Assembly (NCBI GenBank): GCA_963735865.1
Contig: CAVTML010000002.1
Location: 519,668 to 583,667 of the forward strand
DNA: 64,000 nucleotides
DNA from: an uncultured Chloroflexia bacterium
GTDB taxonomy: Bacteria; Chloroflexota; Limnocylindria; Limnocylindrales; CSP1-4
Reading direction: 5' to 3'
Shown: piece by piece, positions 18,985-27,863 of the stretch
Layout of the letters: every line of letters begins with the position of its first letter
Numbering within the stretch: the first letter of the stretch is position 1
The notes under the pieces: generated by a model
What the model saw: only the letters and a program-made list of their open reading frames with translations
What the model was told of the DNA's origin: nothing
The model's database searches: none
Made by a program: the position numbers and the translations under genes

Positions 18985-19191
18985 TCAGACGCTCTTGCCG
19001 ACGTTGGACAGGATGCCGCGGATCTGGCTACCCAGGAAGATGAGGGCCAGGATCGCGATGATGGCGATCAGGGCCAGGATGAGTGCATATTCGGCCAAAC
19101 CCTGGCCGGTCGAAGAGTCCCGTCGTGTGCGCGGGAGCTGCCAGAGGTCCTCGGCCCAGGACATGGCCCACACGTAGGCGCGTGCTACCAC
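18985..19191 (-). CDS. flp: Flp/Fap-family type IVb pilin
   Basis: 68 aa. AAGGAGG lies 6 nt before the GTG start. The leader ends at G, followed by QGLAEYALILALIAIIAILALIF, which matches the Flp G/xxxxEY processing motif. Confidence 0.8.
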   Translation of the reverse strand: MVARAYVWAMSWAEDLWQLPRTRRDSSTGQGLAEYALILALIAIIAILALIFLGSQIRGILSNVGKSV

Positions 19192-19402
19192 AATTCACCT
19201 CCTTTCCGTAGGATGTCATCGCAAGGATGGCAGGGGGCGAGCGGCCCGGCGATAGTACAGTCGTCATATGCGGCTGGAAGGAGAACGCTCGCCACGGCAG
19301 TGGTCGGCCTGGCCGGCGCGCCCAGGAACCACTTTGGGCCGCCTGAGGTGACACAAAGGGCCCATTAGGACCACGGAGCCCTTCACCGGAGCACACTCTC
19401 GC

Positions 19403-20362
19403 GTGATGGCCGAGAGCGTGGCTGTGCGCGCCGCCGGGCTGGGACGGCGGTTCGGGTCGCAGTGGGCCCTGCGGGGGGTGGACCTGGAGCTCGCGCGCGG
19501 CGAGGTCTTCGGGTTGCTTGGCCCCAACGGGGCGGGCAAGACGACCACCGTGCGTCTGCTCTCCGCGCTCATCGCGCCGACCGAGGGTCGCGCCTCGATC
19601 GACGGCTTCGACGTGGTCGCGGACGCCGACGCGGTGCGGGCCCGCATCGGCGTTCTGACCGAGACGCCGGGCCTCTACGAGCGCCTGACGGCGGTCCAGA
19701 ACCTGGAGTTCTTCGGGCGCCTCCATGGCCTTCCGCCTGCCGTGCGGCTGGAGCGGATGGAGCGCCTGCTGCGGTTGTTCGACCTGTGGGACCGCCGCGA
19801 CGGCCTCGTGGGCACGTTCAGCAAGGGCATGAAGCAGAAGCTCGCCATCGCCCGCGCGCTGCTCCACGACCCGAGCGTCCTCTTCCTGGACGAGCCCACC
19901 GCCGCCCTGGACCCGGAGGCCGCCTTCGTCGTGCGCGAGGCCATCGCCGCGCTGAAGGGCCAGGGGCGCACGATCGTCCTCTGCACGCACAACCTGGACG
20001 AAGCGGAGCGGCTGTGCGACCGGATCGGCTTCCTGCGCGGGACCCTGCTGCGCATGGACAGCCCGGCCCGCCTGCGTGGGCTTGCCGGCAAGGCCGTGCT
20101 CGAGGTCGAGCTGGCTGCTGCCCCACCGGCGGAGCTCGTGGACCGGCTGCGTGGCCGGTCAGAGGTGCAGGGCGTGGAGGTCGCGGGGCTGACCCTGGAC
20201 GTGACGTTGGCCGATATCCATCGCGATACGCCTGACCTCGTGCACGCCCTCGTCGACCGTGGAGCCGCGATCCTGGGCGTGCGGGCCCGCACCGCCTCGC
20301 TCGAGGACGTCTACTTCGAGGTCATGGGGGCCCGCCCACCCAGCGACGGGGGGCCGCCCTGA
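19403..20362 (+). CDS. ABC transporter ATP-binding protein (ABC-2 exporter type)
   Basis: Walker A GPNGAGKTT, signature FSKGMKQKLAIA, Walker B VLFLDEPTAALD. Confidence 0.92.
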   Translation: MMAESVAVRAAGLGRRFGSQWALRGVDLELARGEVFGLLGPNGAGKTTTVRLLSALIAPTEGRASIDGFDVVADADAVRARIGVLTETPGLYERLTAVQNLEFFGRLHGLPPAVRLERMERLLRLFDLWDRRDGLVGTFSKGMKQKLAIARALLHDPSVLFLDEPTAALDPEAAFVVREAIAALKGQGRTIVLCTHNLDEAERLCDRIGFLRGTLLRMDSPARLRGLAGKAVLEVELAAAPPAELVDRLRGRSEVQGVEVAGLTLDVTLADIHRDTPDLVHALVDRGAAILGVRARTASLEDVYFEVMGARPPSDGGPP

Positions 20363-20370
20363 TTCGGATC

Positions 20371-21165
20371 GTGCGCGGCGCCATGGTCGGCGCGGTCGTC
20401 CGGCGCGAGGCGCGGGAGATCATCCGCAACCGGCTCCTGGTGTCCTCGATCATCCTGCCGCCGGTCCTGCTCACCGCCTCGCCGATCCTCCTCATCGCGC
20501 TCGGATCGCACGCCGCGCCGGCGCTGCCGGCCGACCAGGTGGCGCAGCTCATCGCCCGCCACCCGTCATGGGCCGGGCTGGACGGCCGCCAGGTGGTCAT
20601 GGCCTTCGCCATCTCCCAGTTCCTGGCCACGTTCCTCATCCTGCCGGCGTACATCCCGCTGGCCATCGCCAGCTACTCGATCGTGGGCGAGAAGCAGACC
20701 CGCAGCCTGGAGGCGGTCCTGTCCACGCCCCTCCGCACCAGCGAGCTGCTGGTCGGCAAGGCCATCGCCGCGCTCGTGCCGGGCGTCCTGGCCTCGTGGC
20801 TGGCCTACGCCACGCTCGTGCTGCTGACCGCGGTCCTGGTCGCGCCCGAGCTGCTGCCCGTGATCACCGACGGCTCGTGGCTCGCCGGCGTGCTCGCGCT
20901 GGGGCCGGCCATCGGCCTCATCTCGGTCGAGGCCGGCATCATCGTCAGTTCGCGTGTGAACGACCCGCGGGTGGCGCAGCAGATCGGCGGTATCGTCATC
21001 CTGCCGATCGTGGCCCTCATCGTGCTGCAGGGCGCCGGCGGCTTCCTCGTCGACGGGCCGACCTACCTGGTGGGGGCGGCCGTGCTCTTCGCGGTCGCCA
21101 TCGGCGGGCTCCGCCTGGCCGTGGCCCTGTTCGGACGGGAGACGATCCTCACGCGCTGGCGCTGA
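20371..21165 (+). CDS. ABC-2 type transporter permease
   Basis: 264 aa with about 6 TM helices, starting 8 nt after the ATPase gene. Confidence 0.8.
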   Translation: MRGAMVGAVVRREAREIIRNRLLVSSIILPPVLLTASPILLIALGSHAAPALPADQVAQLIARHPSWAGLDGRQVVMAFAISQFLATFLILPAYIPLAIASYSIVGEKQTRSLEAVLSTPLRTSELLVGKAIAALVPGVLASWLAYATLVLLTAVLVAPELLPVITDGSWLAGVLALGPAIGLISVEAGIIVSSRVNDPRVAQQIGGIVILPIVALIVLQGAGGFLVDGPTYLVGAAVLFAVAIGGLRLAVALFGRETILTRWR

Positions 21166-21185
21166 TCGGCGGCGTCGCCCCGACC

Positions 21186-22496
21186 CTAGCGTTCGCCCGG
21201 CGGCTGCTGGGCCCGGAACCCTCGGTACAACAAGAGGTCGTAGGCCACCTTCAGGCCGCCGGCGATGACGAACGGTGCGCCAGCCAGCGCCGCGTTGAGG
21301 AATAGGGGTGCGGCGATGAGCGGCGAGGCGGCCACGCCGAGGCTCCGCGCGATGCCCGTCACGCCGGCCGCCGCCGAGCGTTCGTCCGGGGCGACGATGG
21401 CCATCGTGTACGACTGGCGTGTCGGCACGTCCATCTGACTGATGCTGAAGCGCACCAGGAGGATCGCCGCGGCCGACTCGAACGTGGGCATGAAGGGCAC
21501 CAAGAGCAGCAGGAGGTTCGACGGCAGGTGGCTGAAGACCATCGTTCGCACCAGGCCGAACCGGGCCGCCAGCCTGCCGGCGGCCAATGCGGAGACCCCG
21601 GCCAGGACGTTCGCCCCGAACAGCAACCCGCCCAGGACCGCGGGGTCGGTACCGAAGCGCTGCTGGAACCAGAACGCGATGAAGCTCTGGATCACGAAGC
21701 CGCCGGCGAAGGCATCGAGCGCGAACAGAGCGGACAGGCGCAGCACCACGCCCTGCGACCGATGCAGACCCAGGCGTGTGCGGATCGTGGCGACGGCAGG
21801 CGCCGGCGCGGCCACCTCCACCCGTGGTGACACGCGGCTGAAGAGCGCGGCCAGGATGACGCCGACCACGGCGTAGCCCACGATGACGAGCCGGTACGCC
21901 TCCGTCGCGGAGGCGCCTGACTGGATCGCGACCTCTGCAAGCGCCCCCGCCGCCAGGGCACCGCTGGCGGTGGCAAACGAGCCCACCAACTGGTACCGGG
22001 CGAAGACCGTCGTCCGCCGACGGTCGCCGACGAGCTGGCTCAGCGACGCCTGCTCGACGGCAAGGAACGGGCCGACCTCGTTGCCGCTCGGGCTGATCAC
22101 ACCCACGGTGGCAGCGGCGAGGAGGACGGCATAGACCGGCGTGGCGGCGAACGCCAGCCCGGCGGCCAGCATGAGGATCGCCCCAACGGTCAGGACCCGG
22201 CGTCGGCCCAGCCGGTCCGCGTGGGTGGTGAGCCACAACGACACCACGACGTCGCCGAGCAGGGTCAGCGCCAGAAGGACCCCGATCGCGCTCCCCGACA
22301 AACCAAGGGCCGACAGGTAGAGCACGAGGACGACGGCGAGGAAGCCGTACCCGAACATCCGGACCGCGCGGGCCGCGAACAACAGGGCCACGTCGCGGTC
22401 GAACTCCGGCGACGATCCCTTCGGCTCATGGGCCCGGAGCCCTGTCACGGAATCAGGATGCGCGGTATGGCTGTGCATACTGTGCCTTGAGTACAA
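21186..22496 (-). CDS. MFS transporter
   Basis: About 12 TM helices. An MFS-like loop motif is DRLGRRRVL. The start is uncertain (TTG at 22496 or ATG at 22478). Confidence 0.85.
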   Translation of the reverse strand: MYSRHSMHSHTAHPDSVTGLRAHEPKGSSPEFDRDVALLFAARAVRMFGYGFLAVVLVLYLSALGLSGSAIGVLLALTLLGDVVVSLWLTTHADRLGRRRVLTVGAILMLAAGLAFAATPVYAVLLAAATVGVISPSGNEVGPFLAVEQASLSQLVGDRRRTTVFARYQLVGSFATASGALAAGALAEVAIQSGASATEAYRLVIVGYAVVGVILAALFSRVSPRVEVAAPAPAVATIRTRLGLHRSQGVVLRLSALFALDAFAGGFVIQSFIAFWFQQRFGTDPAVLGGLLFGANVLAGVSALAAGRLAARFGLVRTMVFSHLPSNLLLLLVPFMPTFESAAAILLVRFSISQMDVPTRQSYTMAIVAPDERSAAAGVTGIARSLGVAASPLIAAPLFLNAALAGAPFVIAGGLKVAYDLLLYRGFRAQQPPGER

Positions 22497-22532
22497 AGAT
22501 AACCACGCTCTGTTGTGGCACCATAGCGCGGT

Positions 22533-22988
22533 ATGTCGCGTCCAGACCCGCTCGCCGACAACACCCGCCTCCTCCGTATGGGCCAGGTCGCGCCGATGCT
22601 CGGCGTCAGCGTGGACACGCTACGCCGATGGGAGGCCGAAGGCCGCCTGACCACGGTGCGCTCACCCGGCGGGCAGCGGCTCGTGGACGCGCAGGAGGTC
22701 CATCGCCTGCTGGCTGAGCGCCGCGAGGCGGCGCCCGACCGGACCATCACGAAGCAATCGGCGCGGAACCGCTTCGAGGGCGTCGTGACGCGGGTCGAGC
22801 GGGACCGGGTCGCCGCCGTGGTGGAGGTGCAGGCCGGGCCGCACCGGCTGGTCAGCCTCATGACCGCCGAGGCCGTCATCGAGCTGGATCTCAAGGTGGG
22901 CGACGCGGTGGTCTGCGCCGTCAAGTCGACGAACGTCATCGTGGAGATCCAGGGGCCTGCCCCGCGAGGAGGGCAGCGTGAAGCGTGA
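22533..22988 (+). CDS. Molybdate-responsive regulator candidate: excisionase/MerR-type HTH plus TOBE (Mop) domain
   Basis: The HTH is LRMGQVAPMLGVSVDTLRRWEAEGRL. The C-terminal NRFEGVVTRVERDRVAAVVEVQAG..VGDAVVCAVKSTNVIV is a TOBE fold signature. Overlaps the modA start. Confidence 0.82.
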   Translation: MSRPDPLADNTRLLRMGQVAPMLGVSVDTLRRWEAEGRLTTVRSPGGQRLVDAQEVHRLLAERREAAPDRTITKQSARNRFEGVVTRVERDRVAAVVEVQAGPHRLVSLMTAEAVIELDLKVGDAVVCAVKSTNVIVEIQGPAPRGGQREA

Positions 22989-23835
22989 CCGCCGCCTGAG
23001 CGGCCTTGTCCTGACCATGGCGACCATCGTGGCCGCCTGTTCCGGGGCCGCGACGGCGCCCCCGACCGCTGCCGCCCCCACGTCGACGGCGCCGCCGGCC
23101 AGCGCCCCGGCGGGCACCGCCGCGGGCAGCCTGACGATCTACGCCGCTTCGTCGCTGACGGCCGCCTTCACCGAGATGAAGACCGCCTACCAGACCGCCG
23201 ACCCGGGCCTGACGCTGACCCTGTCGTTCGGGGCCTCGAGCACGCTCGAGACGCAGATCGAGCAGGGCGCGCCCGCCGACGTCTTCGCCTCCGCCGACAC
23301 ATCGAACCCGCAGAAGCTGGTCGACAAGAGCCTGGCGGCCGGGGCCATCACGAAGTTCGCCGGCAACCTGCTGACCGTCATCGTGCCGCCGGCCAACCCA
23401 GCGGGAGTCCAGACGCCCGCCGACCTGGCCAAGGCCGACCTCAAGTTCGTGGCGGCCGGCGACACCGTGCCCATCACCAAGTACGCCAACCTTCTGCTCG
23501 CCAACCTGGCCAAGCAGCCCAGCTACCCGGCCGGGTTCGTCGCGGCCGTGTCCGCCAACATCGTGTCCAAGGAAGACAACGTGGCGGCCGTCGTGAGCAA
23601 GATCGAGCTCGGCGAAGGTGATGCCGCGATCGTCTATGTCACCGATGCCAGCACGGCCGGGACCAAGGTGACCACGGTCACCGTGCCGACCGACGCCAAC
23701 GTCCCCGCCACCTACGGGGCGGTGGCCGTCAAGGCCTCCTCGAACGCCGCCGCGGCCGCCGCCTTCATCGCGTGGCTGGCGGGCCCGGCCGGTGAGGCCA
23801 TCCTCGCCAAGTACGGGTTCCTGCCGCCCGGCTGA
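22978..23835 (+). CDS. modA: Molybdate ABC transporter substrate-binding lipoprotein
   Basis: Lipobox VAACSG. IYAASSLTAAFTEM and VFASADTSNPQKL are ModA motifs. Confidence 0.9.
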   Translation: MKRDRRLSGLVLTMATIVAACSGAATAPPTAAAPTSTAPPASAPAGTAAGSLTIYAASSLTAAFTEMKTAYQTADPGLTLTLSFGASSTLETQIEQGAPADVFASADTSNPQKLVDKSLAAGAITKFAGNLLTVIVPPANPAGVQTPADLAKADLKFVAAGDTVPITKYANLLLANLAKQPSYPAGFVAAVSANIVSKEDNVAAVVSKIELGEGDAAIVYVTDASTAGTKVTTVTVPTDANVPATYGAVAVKASSNAAAAAAFIAWLAGPAGEAILAKYGFLPPG

Positions 23836-23844
23836 GCCGGCGCC

Positions 23845-24675
23845 ATGCCCCTCCCTCGTCGATCATCCGGCCGCGACCGGGCCACACCCCTGGTCGCGGC
23901 CCTTCTGTCCGTTTGCGCGCTCAGCTTCCTCGGCGTGCCGGTGGCCGTCCTGGTGGGCCGGGCCGTACTGGGTGGCTCGCTGGCGGCCGAGACGAGCGAC
24001 CCGGCCATCGCGGACGCTCTCGTGCTGAGCTTGCTGGCGACGGCCGCCAGCCTGGTCCTGACCGTGACCTTCGGCACGCCGCTGGCCTATCTCCTGGCCC
24101 GTCGCCGCTGGCGCGGCCGGGCGCTGGTCGAGGCGCTCATCGACCTGCCGGTCGTGTTGCCGCCCGCCGTGGCCGGCCTGGCCCTGCTGCTCGCGCTCGG
24201 CCGCAACGGCCTCTTCGGCGGCCTGCTGCAGGACCTGGGCATCCAGCTGCCGTTCACCACGGCGGCGGTCGTGCTGGCCCAGACGTTCGTGGCCGCGCCG
24301 TTCTACGTCCGGTCGGCCCGGACCGGCTTCGCCGCCGTGCCCACCGATCTGGAGGACGCGGCGCGGGTCGACGGCGCGTCCGAGGCGAGCGTCTTCCGCC
24401 TCGTCACTGTGCCGCTGGCCTCGTCCGCCCTGGCCGCCGGCCTGGTCCTGAGCTGGGCCCGTGCCCTGGGCGAGTTCGGCGCCACGATCATGTTCGCGGG
24501 CAACGTCCAGGGGCTGACGCAGACCCTGCCGCTGCTGGTCTACGGCCAGTTCCAGTCCAGCCTGGATGCCTCCATCGCGGCGGCGGCGATCCTGGTCGTG
24601 GCGGCGTTCGGCGTCCTGGTCGCGATCCGCCTCGTGCACTGGCGGTCGGCGGTGGAGCTCCGTTCGGTCCTCTAA
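23845..24675 (+). CDS. modB: Molybdate ABC transporter permease
   Basis: ALIDLPVVLPPAVAGLALLLALGRNG and DGASEASVFRLVTVPLA (EAA-loop region) are typical of ModB/CysTW permeases. Confidence 0.9.
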   Translation: MPLPRRSSGRDRATPLVAALLSVCALSFLGVPVAVLVGRAVLGGSLAAETSDPAIADALVLSLLATAASLVLTVTFGTPLAYLLARRRWRGRALVEALIDLPVVLPPAVAGLALLLALGRNGLFGGLLQDLGIQLPFTTAAVVLAQTFVAAPFYVRSARTGFAAVPTDLEDAARVDGASEASVFRLVTVPLASSALAAGLVLSWARALGEFGATIMFAGNVQGLTQTLPLLVYGQFQSSLDASIAAAAILVVAAFGVLVAIRLVHWRSAVELRSVL

Positions 24676-25823
24676 AGGCCTGCTTTGAGGGCCAGGATGC
24701 GCTCGTATGAGGCCTGCAGCGGTGCCATCGGGATCGTCCCGTCGGTGGCGCCCGCGAGCAGCGTGGCGTACACGTCGCTACTCGCGGCCTCCGGGCCGGT
24801 CACGAGGATGAGGTCGGTGCCGGCCTTTGCGGCGCGGACCGCCAGGACGTCGTCCGAGAGGTGGCGGGCGAGCGCCGTGCCGTCGAGCGCGTCGGTGATG
24901 GTGGCGCCCGTGAAGCCGAGCTCCTGGCGCAACAGCGTCTGGGTGATCACCGCGGACCAACCGGCGGCGTTGACGGGGTCGTAGGCGTTGTAGGTCGCGT
25001 TGGACAGCATGATCAGCGGGATGTCGTGGGCGATCGCGGTCTCGTACGGCTGCAGGCCGGGCGCAAGGTCGTGGGTCGAGGCCTTGATCCTCACCACGAC
25101 GGCATCGGTGTTCTTCGTGGCGAAGCCGATGCCCGGGAAGTGCTTCATCGTCGGGATCGCCCCGGCCGACTCGAGTCCTGAGGCGAACGCGTCAGCCAGG
25201 AGGGCCGTCAGGGCCGCATCGGACGAGAAGGTCCGACCGTCACGCGCCATGAAGGAGGCGCTCGAGGCCGGGACGTCGGCCACCGGTGCCAGGTCGACGT
25301 TGATGCCCAGCCCCGCCAGGGCGACCCCGGTGCTGGCGCCCTGGGCCCGGGCGGTCGCCGCGCGTCCATCGTGTCCCATCTGCGGCGCAGACAAGGTCGG
25401 TGGCGCCCAGCTGATGCGGCTCGTCGTGCCACCCTCCTGGTCGACGGCGACAAGGAGCGGCGGCTGGCCCCCCGCGGCGGCCGCGGCGTGGAGTTTGCCG
25501 GTCAGGGCGGTGAGGGCGGCCGCCGTGGTGATGTTGGCGCCGAAGAGGATGACCCCGCCGACCTCGCCGCGGCCGATCCGGCCAAGGAGGTCAGCGCTTG
25601 GCGTGGTGCCGTCCATGCGCACGACCAGCTTCTGCCCGATCAGCTGGGCGATGGTCGTGGTCGGACCCGGAGTCGGCGTGGCGGTCGGCTGAGCCGTGGG
25701 GGAGGCGGTGGCCACGGGCGACGGCGTTGGCGCAACGGACGGAGATACGCTCGGCGGGCTCGTCTGGCTCCCGCAGGCCATGGCCACGAGGCTGGCGGCC
25801 AGCATCAGGCCAAGGACCCTCAC
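24672..25823 (-). CDS. Glycoside hydrolase family 3 (NagZ-like beta-N-acetylhexosaminidase) lipoprotein
   Basis: Lipobox VAMACGS. VDQEGG and KHFPGIG are GH3 N-terminal domain motifs. Its stop overlaps the modB stop convergently. Confidence 0.85.
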   Translation of the reverse strand: MRVLGLMLAASLVAMACGSQTSPPSVSPSVAPTPSPVATASPTAQPTATPTPGPTTTIAQLIGQKLVVRMDGTTPSADLLGRIGRGEVGGVILFGANITTAAALTALTGKLHAAAAAGGQPPLLVAVDQEGGTTSRISWAPPTLSAPQMGHDGRAATARAQGASTGVALAGLGINVDLAPVADVPASSASFMARDGRTFSSDAALTALLADAFASGLESAGAIPTMKHFPGIGFATKNTDAVVVRIKASTHDLAPGLQPYETAIAHDIPLIMLSNATYNAYDPVNAAGWSAVITQTLLRQELGFTGATITDALDGTALARHLSDDVLAVRAAKAGTDLILVTGPEAASSDVYATLLAGATDGTIPMAPLQASYERILALKAGL

Positions 25824-26299
25824 CCGGTCGGCCGAACGTCGCGCTCGACGACGACCGCCGCCAGGTCGGCCCCAGCCTCCAGGACGGGTCGCAGCGAGGA
25901 CGGGATCGGCCGCTCGTGGGCGAGGGCCAGGACGCCGAGGACCCGCTGCGTACCGCCGCGGGTGACGACGAGGGGCAGATGACTGCGCAGGGCCGGACCG
26001 CCGCGTGCGGTGGGATGGACGTCGAAGGCGGCCTCGGCGGTCGTGGCGGTCCGGACGATGGGATGATGCGGGTTCTGCATCGCCGCGGCCAGCCCGGCCC
26101 GGGCGGCGCCCTCGAGCCCGAACGACGCCGCGATCTCCAGCCCGCCCCCGGGTCCGTCGACGATGACGATGACGGCTGAGGCCGCATCCGCCTGACGGGC
26201 AAGCGCATGCGTGAGGACCTGCAGGCCGGGCTCCAGGCCCTCGAGGTGGGCCAGCGCGGTGGCGCCGGCGATCAGGATCTCCTCTCCGGCGCCAGGCAC
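25820..26299 (-). CDS. Stand-alone GAF-like domain protein
   Basis: 159 aa with a 4-nt overlap onto the GH3 start. The pattern ..AVIVIVDG..LEIAASFGL..PIVRTA..LPLVV.G..GVLAL resembles GAF domains. Assigned by eye. Confidence 0.55.
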   Translation of the reverse strand: MPGAGEEILIAGATALAHLEGLEPGLQVLTHALARQADAASAVIVIVDGPGGGLEIAASFGLEGAARAGLAAAMQNPHHPIVRTATTAEAAFDVHPTARGGPALRSHLPLVVTRGGTQRVLGVLALAHERPIPSSLRPVLEAGADLAAVVVERDVRPTG

Positions 26300-26300
26300 G

Positions 26301-26876
26301 TCAGCGCTCGCTCGCGGTGGGCGCGTCGGGCGCGCCGGCCGGGCGGTAGGTGAGGACCACGACGCCGGTGGGGAACGTCAGGCTGTCGACGAGTACGAGG
26401 GTGCGCCGGGGGGCATGCCGGAAGAGGCGCTTCTCGCCCCCGCCCAGGACGATGGGATGCACCATCAGGCGGTACTCGTCGATCATGTCGTGGCCGCTCA
26501 AGTAGTCGATGAGCTGGCCGCTGCCGCCGATGAGGAGGTCGCCGCCGCCCGGCTGCTTGAGCCGGCGGACGGCCTCCGCCACGTCACCCTGGATGATCGA
26601 GGCGTTCCACGTGGCGCTCTCCAGCGTCCGCGAGGCGACGTACTTGGGCATGCTGTTCATCTTCTCGCCGAACTCGCCGGTGCCCTGCATCGTCGGCCAG
26701 GCGCTCGCGAAGCCTTCGTAGGTGAGGCGGCCCAGCAGCAACGCATCGCTGGCATACAACTCGCTGGCCTTGAAGTCGGAGGCTTCCTTCGACCAGAACG
26801 GGAAGGACCACTTGCCCGGTTCGTCCATGTAGCCATCGAGGGTCACGTACGTGCTGGCGACGACCCTTCTCGGCAT
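26301..26876 (-). CDS. Dihydrofolate reductase-family (RibD C-terminal domain) protein
   Basis: Internal ATG start. VASTYVTLDGYMDEP..LLLGRLTYEGFASAWP..GGGDLLIGGSGQL..YRLMVHPIVLGGG is typical of this family. Confidence 0.85.
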   Translation of the reverse strand: MPRRVVASTYVTLDGYMDEPGKWSFPFWSKEASDFKASELYASDALLLGRLTYEGFASAWPTMQGTGEFGEKMNSMPKYVASRTLESATWNASIIQGDVAEAVRRLKQPGGGDLLIGGSGQLIDYLSGHDMIDEYRLMVHPIVLGGGEKRLFRHAPRRTLVLVDSLTFPTGVVVLTYRPAGAPDAPTASER

Positions 26877-27083
26877 CTGCTCTCCCCGGTGGCGGACCGT
26901 CCAGGTGGCCTCGACGGACGGAGCATACCCGCGCCCGCGCTCCGGCTCCGCCAGGCCGTGACCTCGGGCCACTCGACCCACCGGTTGGGGCACTTGGACT
27001 CTGGCCCGTACCATGTAGCGGCCGAGGATTCCCCCAAAGCCGGCTTCGCTGACGCGAGGTCGACGCAGATCCGGAGGCTCAAG

Positions 27084-27485
27084 ATGCGCGCCCTCGTCGT
27101 CCACCACGACATCGACATGGCCGATCAGGAGACCGCCAGCCTGCGGCGCCGCGGCATCGAGGTCGAGCAATGCTGGGGGCCGGAATACCACAGCTGCCCG
27201 GTCATGCGCGGCGAGCCCTGTGCCGCAGCCGAGCGCGCGGACGTGCTCGTCTATGACGTCCTGTCGACCGGCGAGAGCGACGGCGGCCGCTCCCTGGTCG
27301 ACGGCCTCCGCGAGCTCTACCCGGACAAGCCGGTGGTCCTCACCGCCTCGGGCATGGAGCTCGACTGGGTCGAGATGGAAGGGCCCCACCGGGTCGTCCC
27401 GCTCGTCGGCGTACCCACCGGCGATCGTCTCGTCGAGGCGATCGAGCTGGCAACTCGGGGCGACACGGCGCCCCCCACGGCGTAG
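27084..27485 (+). CDS. Hypothetical receiver-like protein with a Cys-rich insert
   Basis: 133 aa. The beta-alpha pattern is LVVHHDID..ADVLVYDV..PVVLTASG. The insert is CWGPEYHSCPVMRGEPC. No canonical K-P motif is present. Confidence 0.45.
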   Translation: MRALVVHHDIDMADQETASLRRRGIEVEQCWGPEYHSCPVMRGEPCAAAERADVLVYDVLSTGESDGGRSLVDGLRELYPDKPVVLTASGMELDWVEMEGPHRVVPLVGVPTGDRLVEAIELATRGDTAPPTA

Positions 27486-27533
27486 CGAGCCTGCCGCACA
27501 CGGGCGGCGGTCGGCCTGTTGCATCCTCGGTCC

Positions 27534-27836
27534 ATGCCTGAGGTGCGGTTCACGGTCCACCTGACGCCCCGCGGTGGCAGCGACCGCGTCAACGGCGTCA
27601 GGGAGGACGGTGTCCTGCTGGTGCGGGTGGCCGCGCCGCCGGCCGACGGTGCCGCCAACGCGGCTCTCGTGGGGTTGCTGGCCCGCGAGGTGGCGGCTCC
27701 CAGGACGTCGGTCCGTCTCGTCCGGGGGGCCACCAACCGGCGCAAGACCATCCTCATCGAAGGGCTGGCGGCGGCGACGCTCGAGGCGCGGTGGCCCGGC
27801 CTCGCGGTCACGCCCCCGGGACGGCGCCGGCGGTAA
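27534..27836 (+). CDS. DUF167 (YggU-like) protein
   Basis: RFTVHLTPRGGSDRV.G..DG.LLVRVAAPPADGAANAALV.LLA matches the DUF167 pattern. Confidence 0.75.
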   Translation: MPEVRFTVHLTPRGGSDRVNGVREDGVLLVRVAAPPADGAANAALVGLLAREVAAPRTSVRLVRGATNRRKTILIEGLAAATLEARWPGLAVTPPGRRRR

Positions 27837-27863
27837 GGGCGCGTTACCGGGGTCACCGCGCCG

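Noticed and set aside
18985-21165. Functional link between the Flp pilin and the adjacent ABC-2 exporter (for example a peptide export system)
   Set aside because: The two are divergently transcribed with a 212-nt gap. Flp pilins use Tad machinery, not ABC-2 exporters, and nothing in the sequence ties them together.
24676-25823. Search for a modC ATPase downstream of modB
   Set aside because: The next gene is convergent and is clearly a GH3 hydrolase. No Walker A or ABC signature occurs in any frame there, so modC is absent from this locus rather than overlooked.
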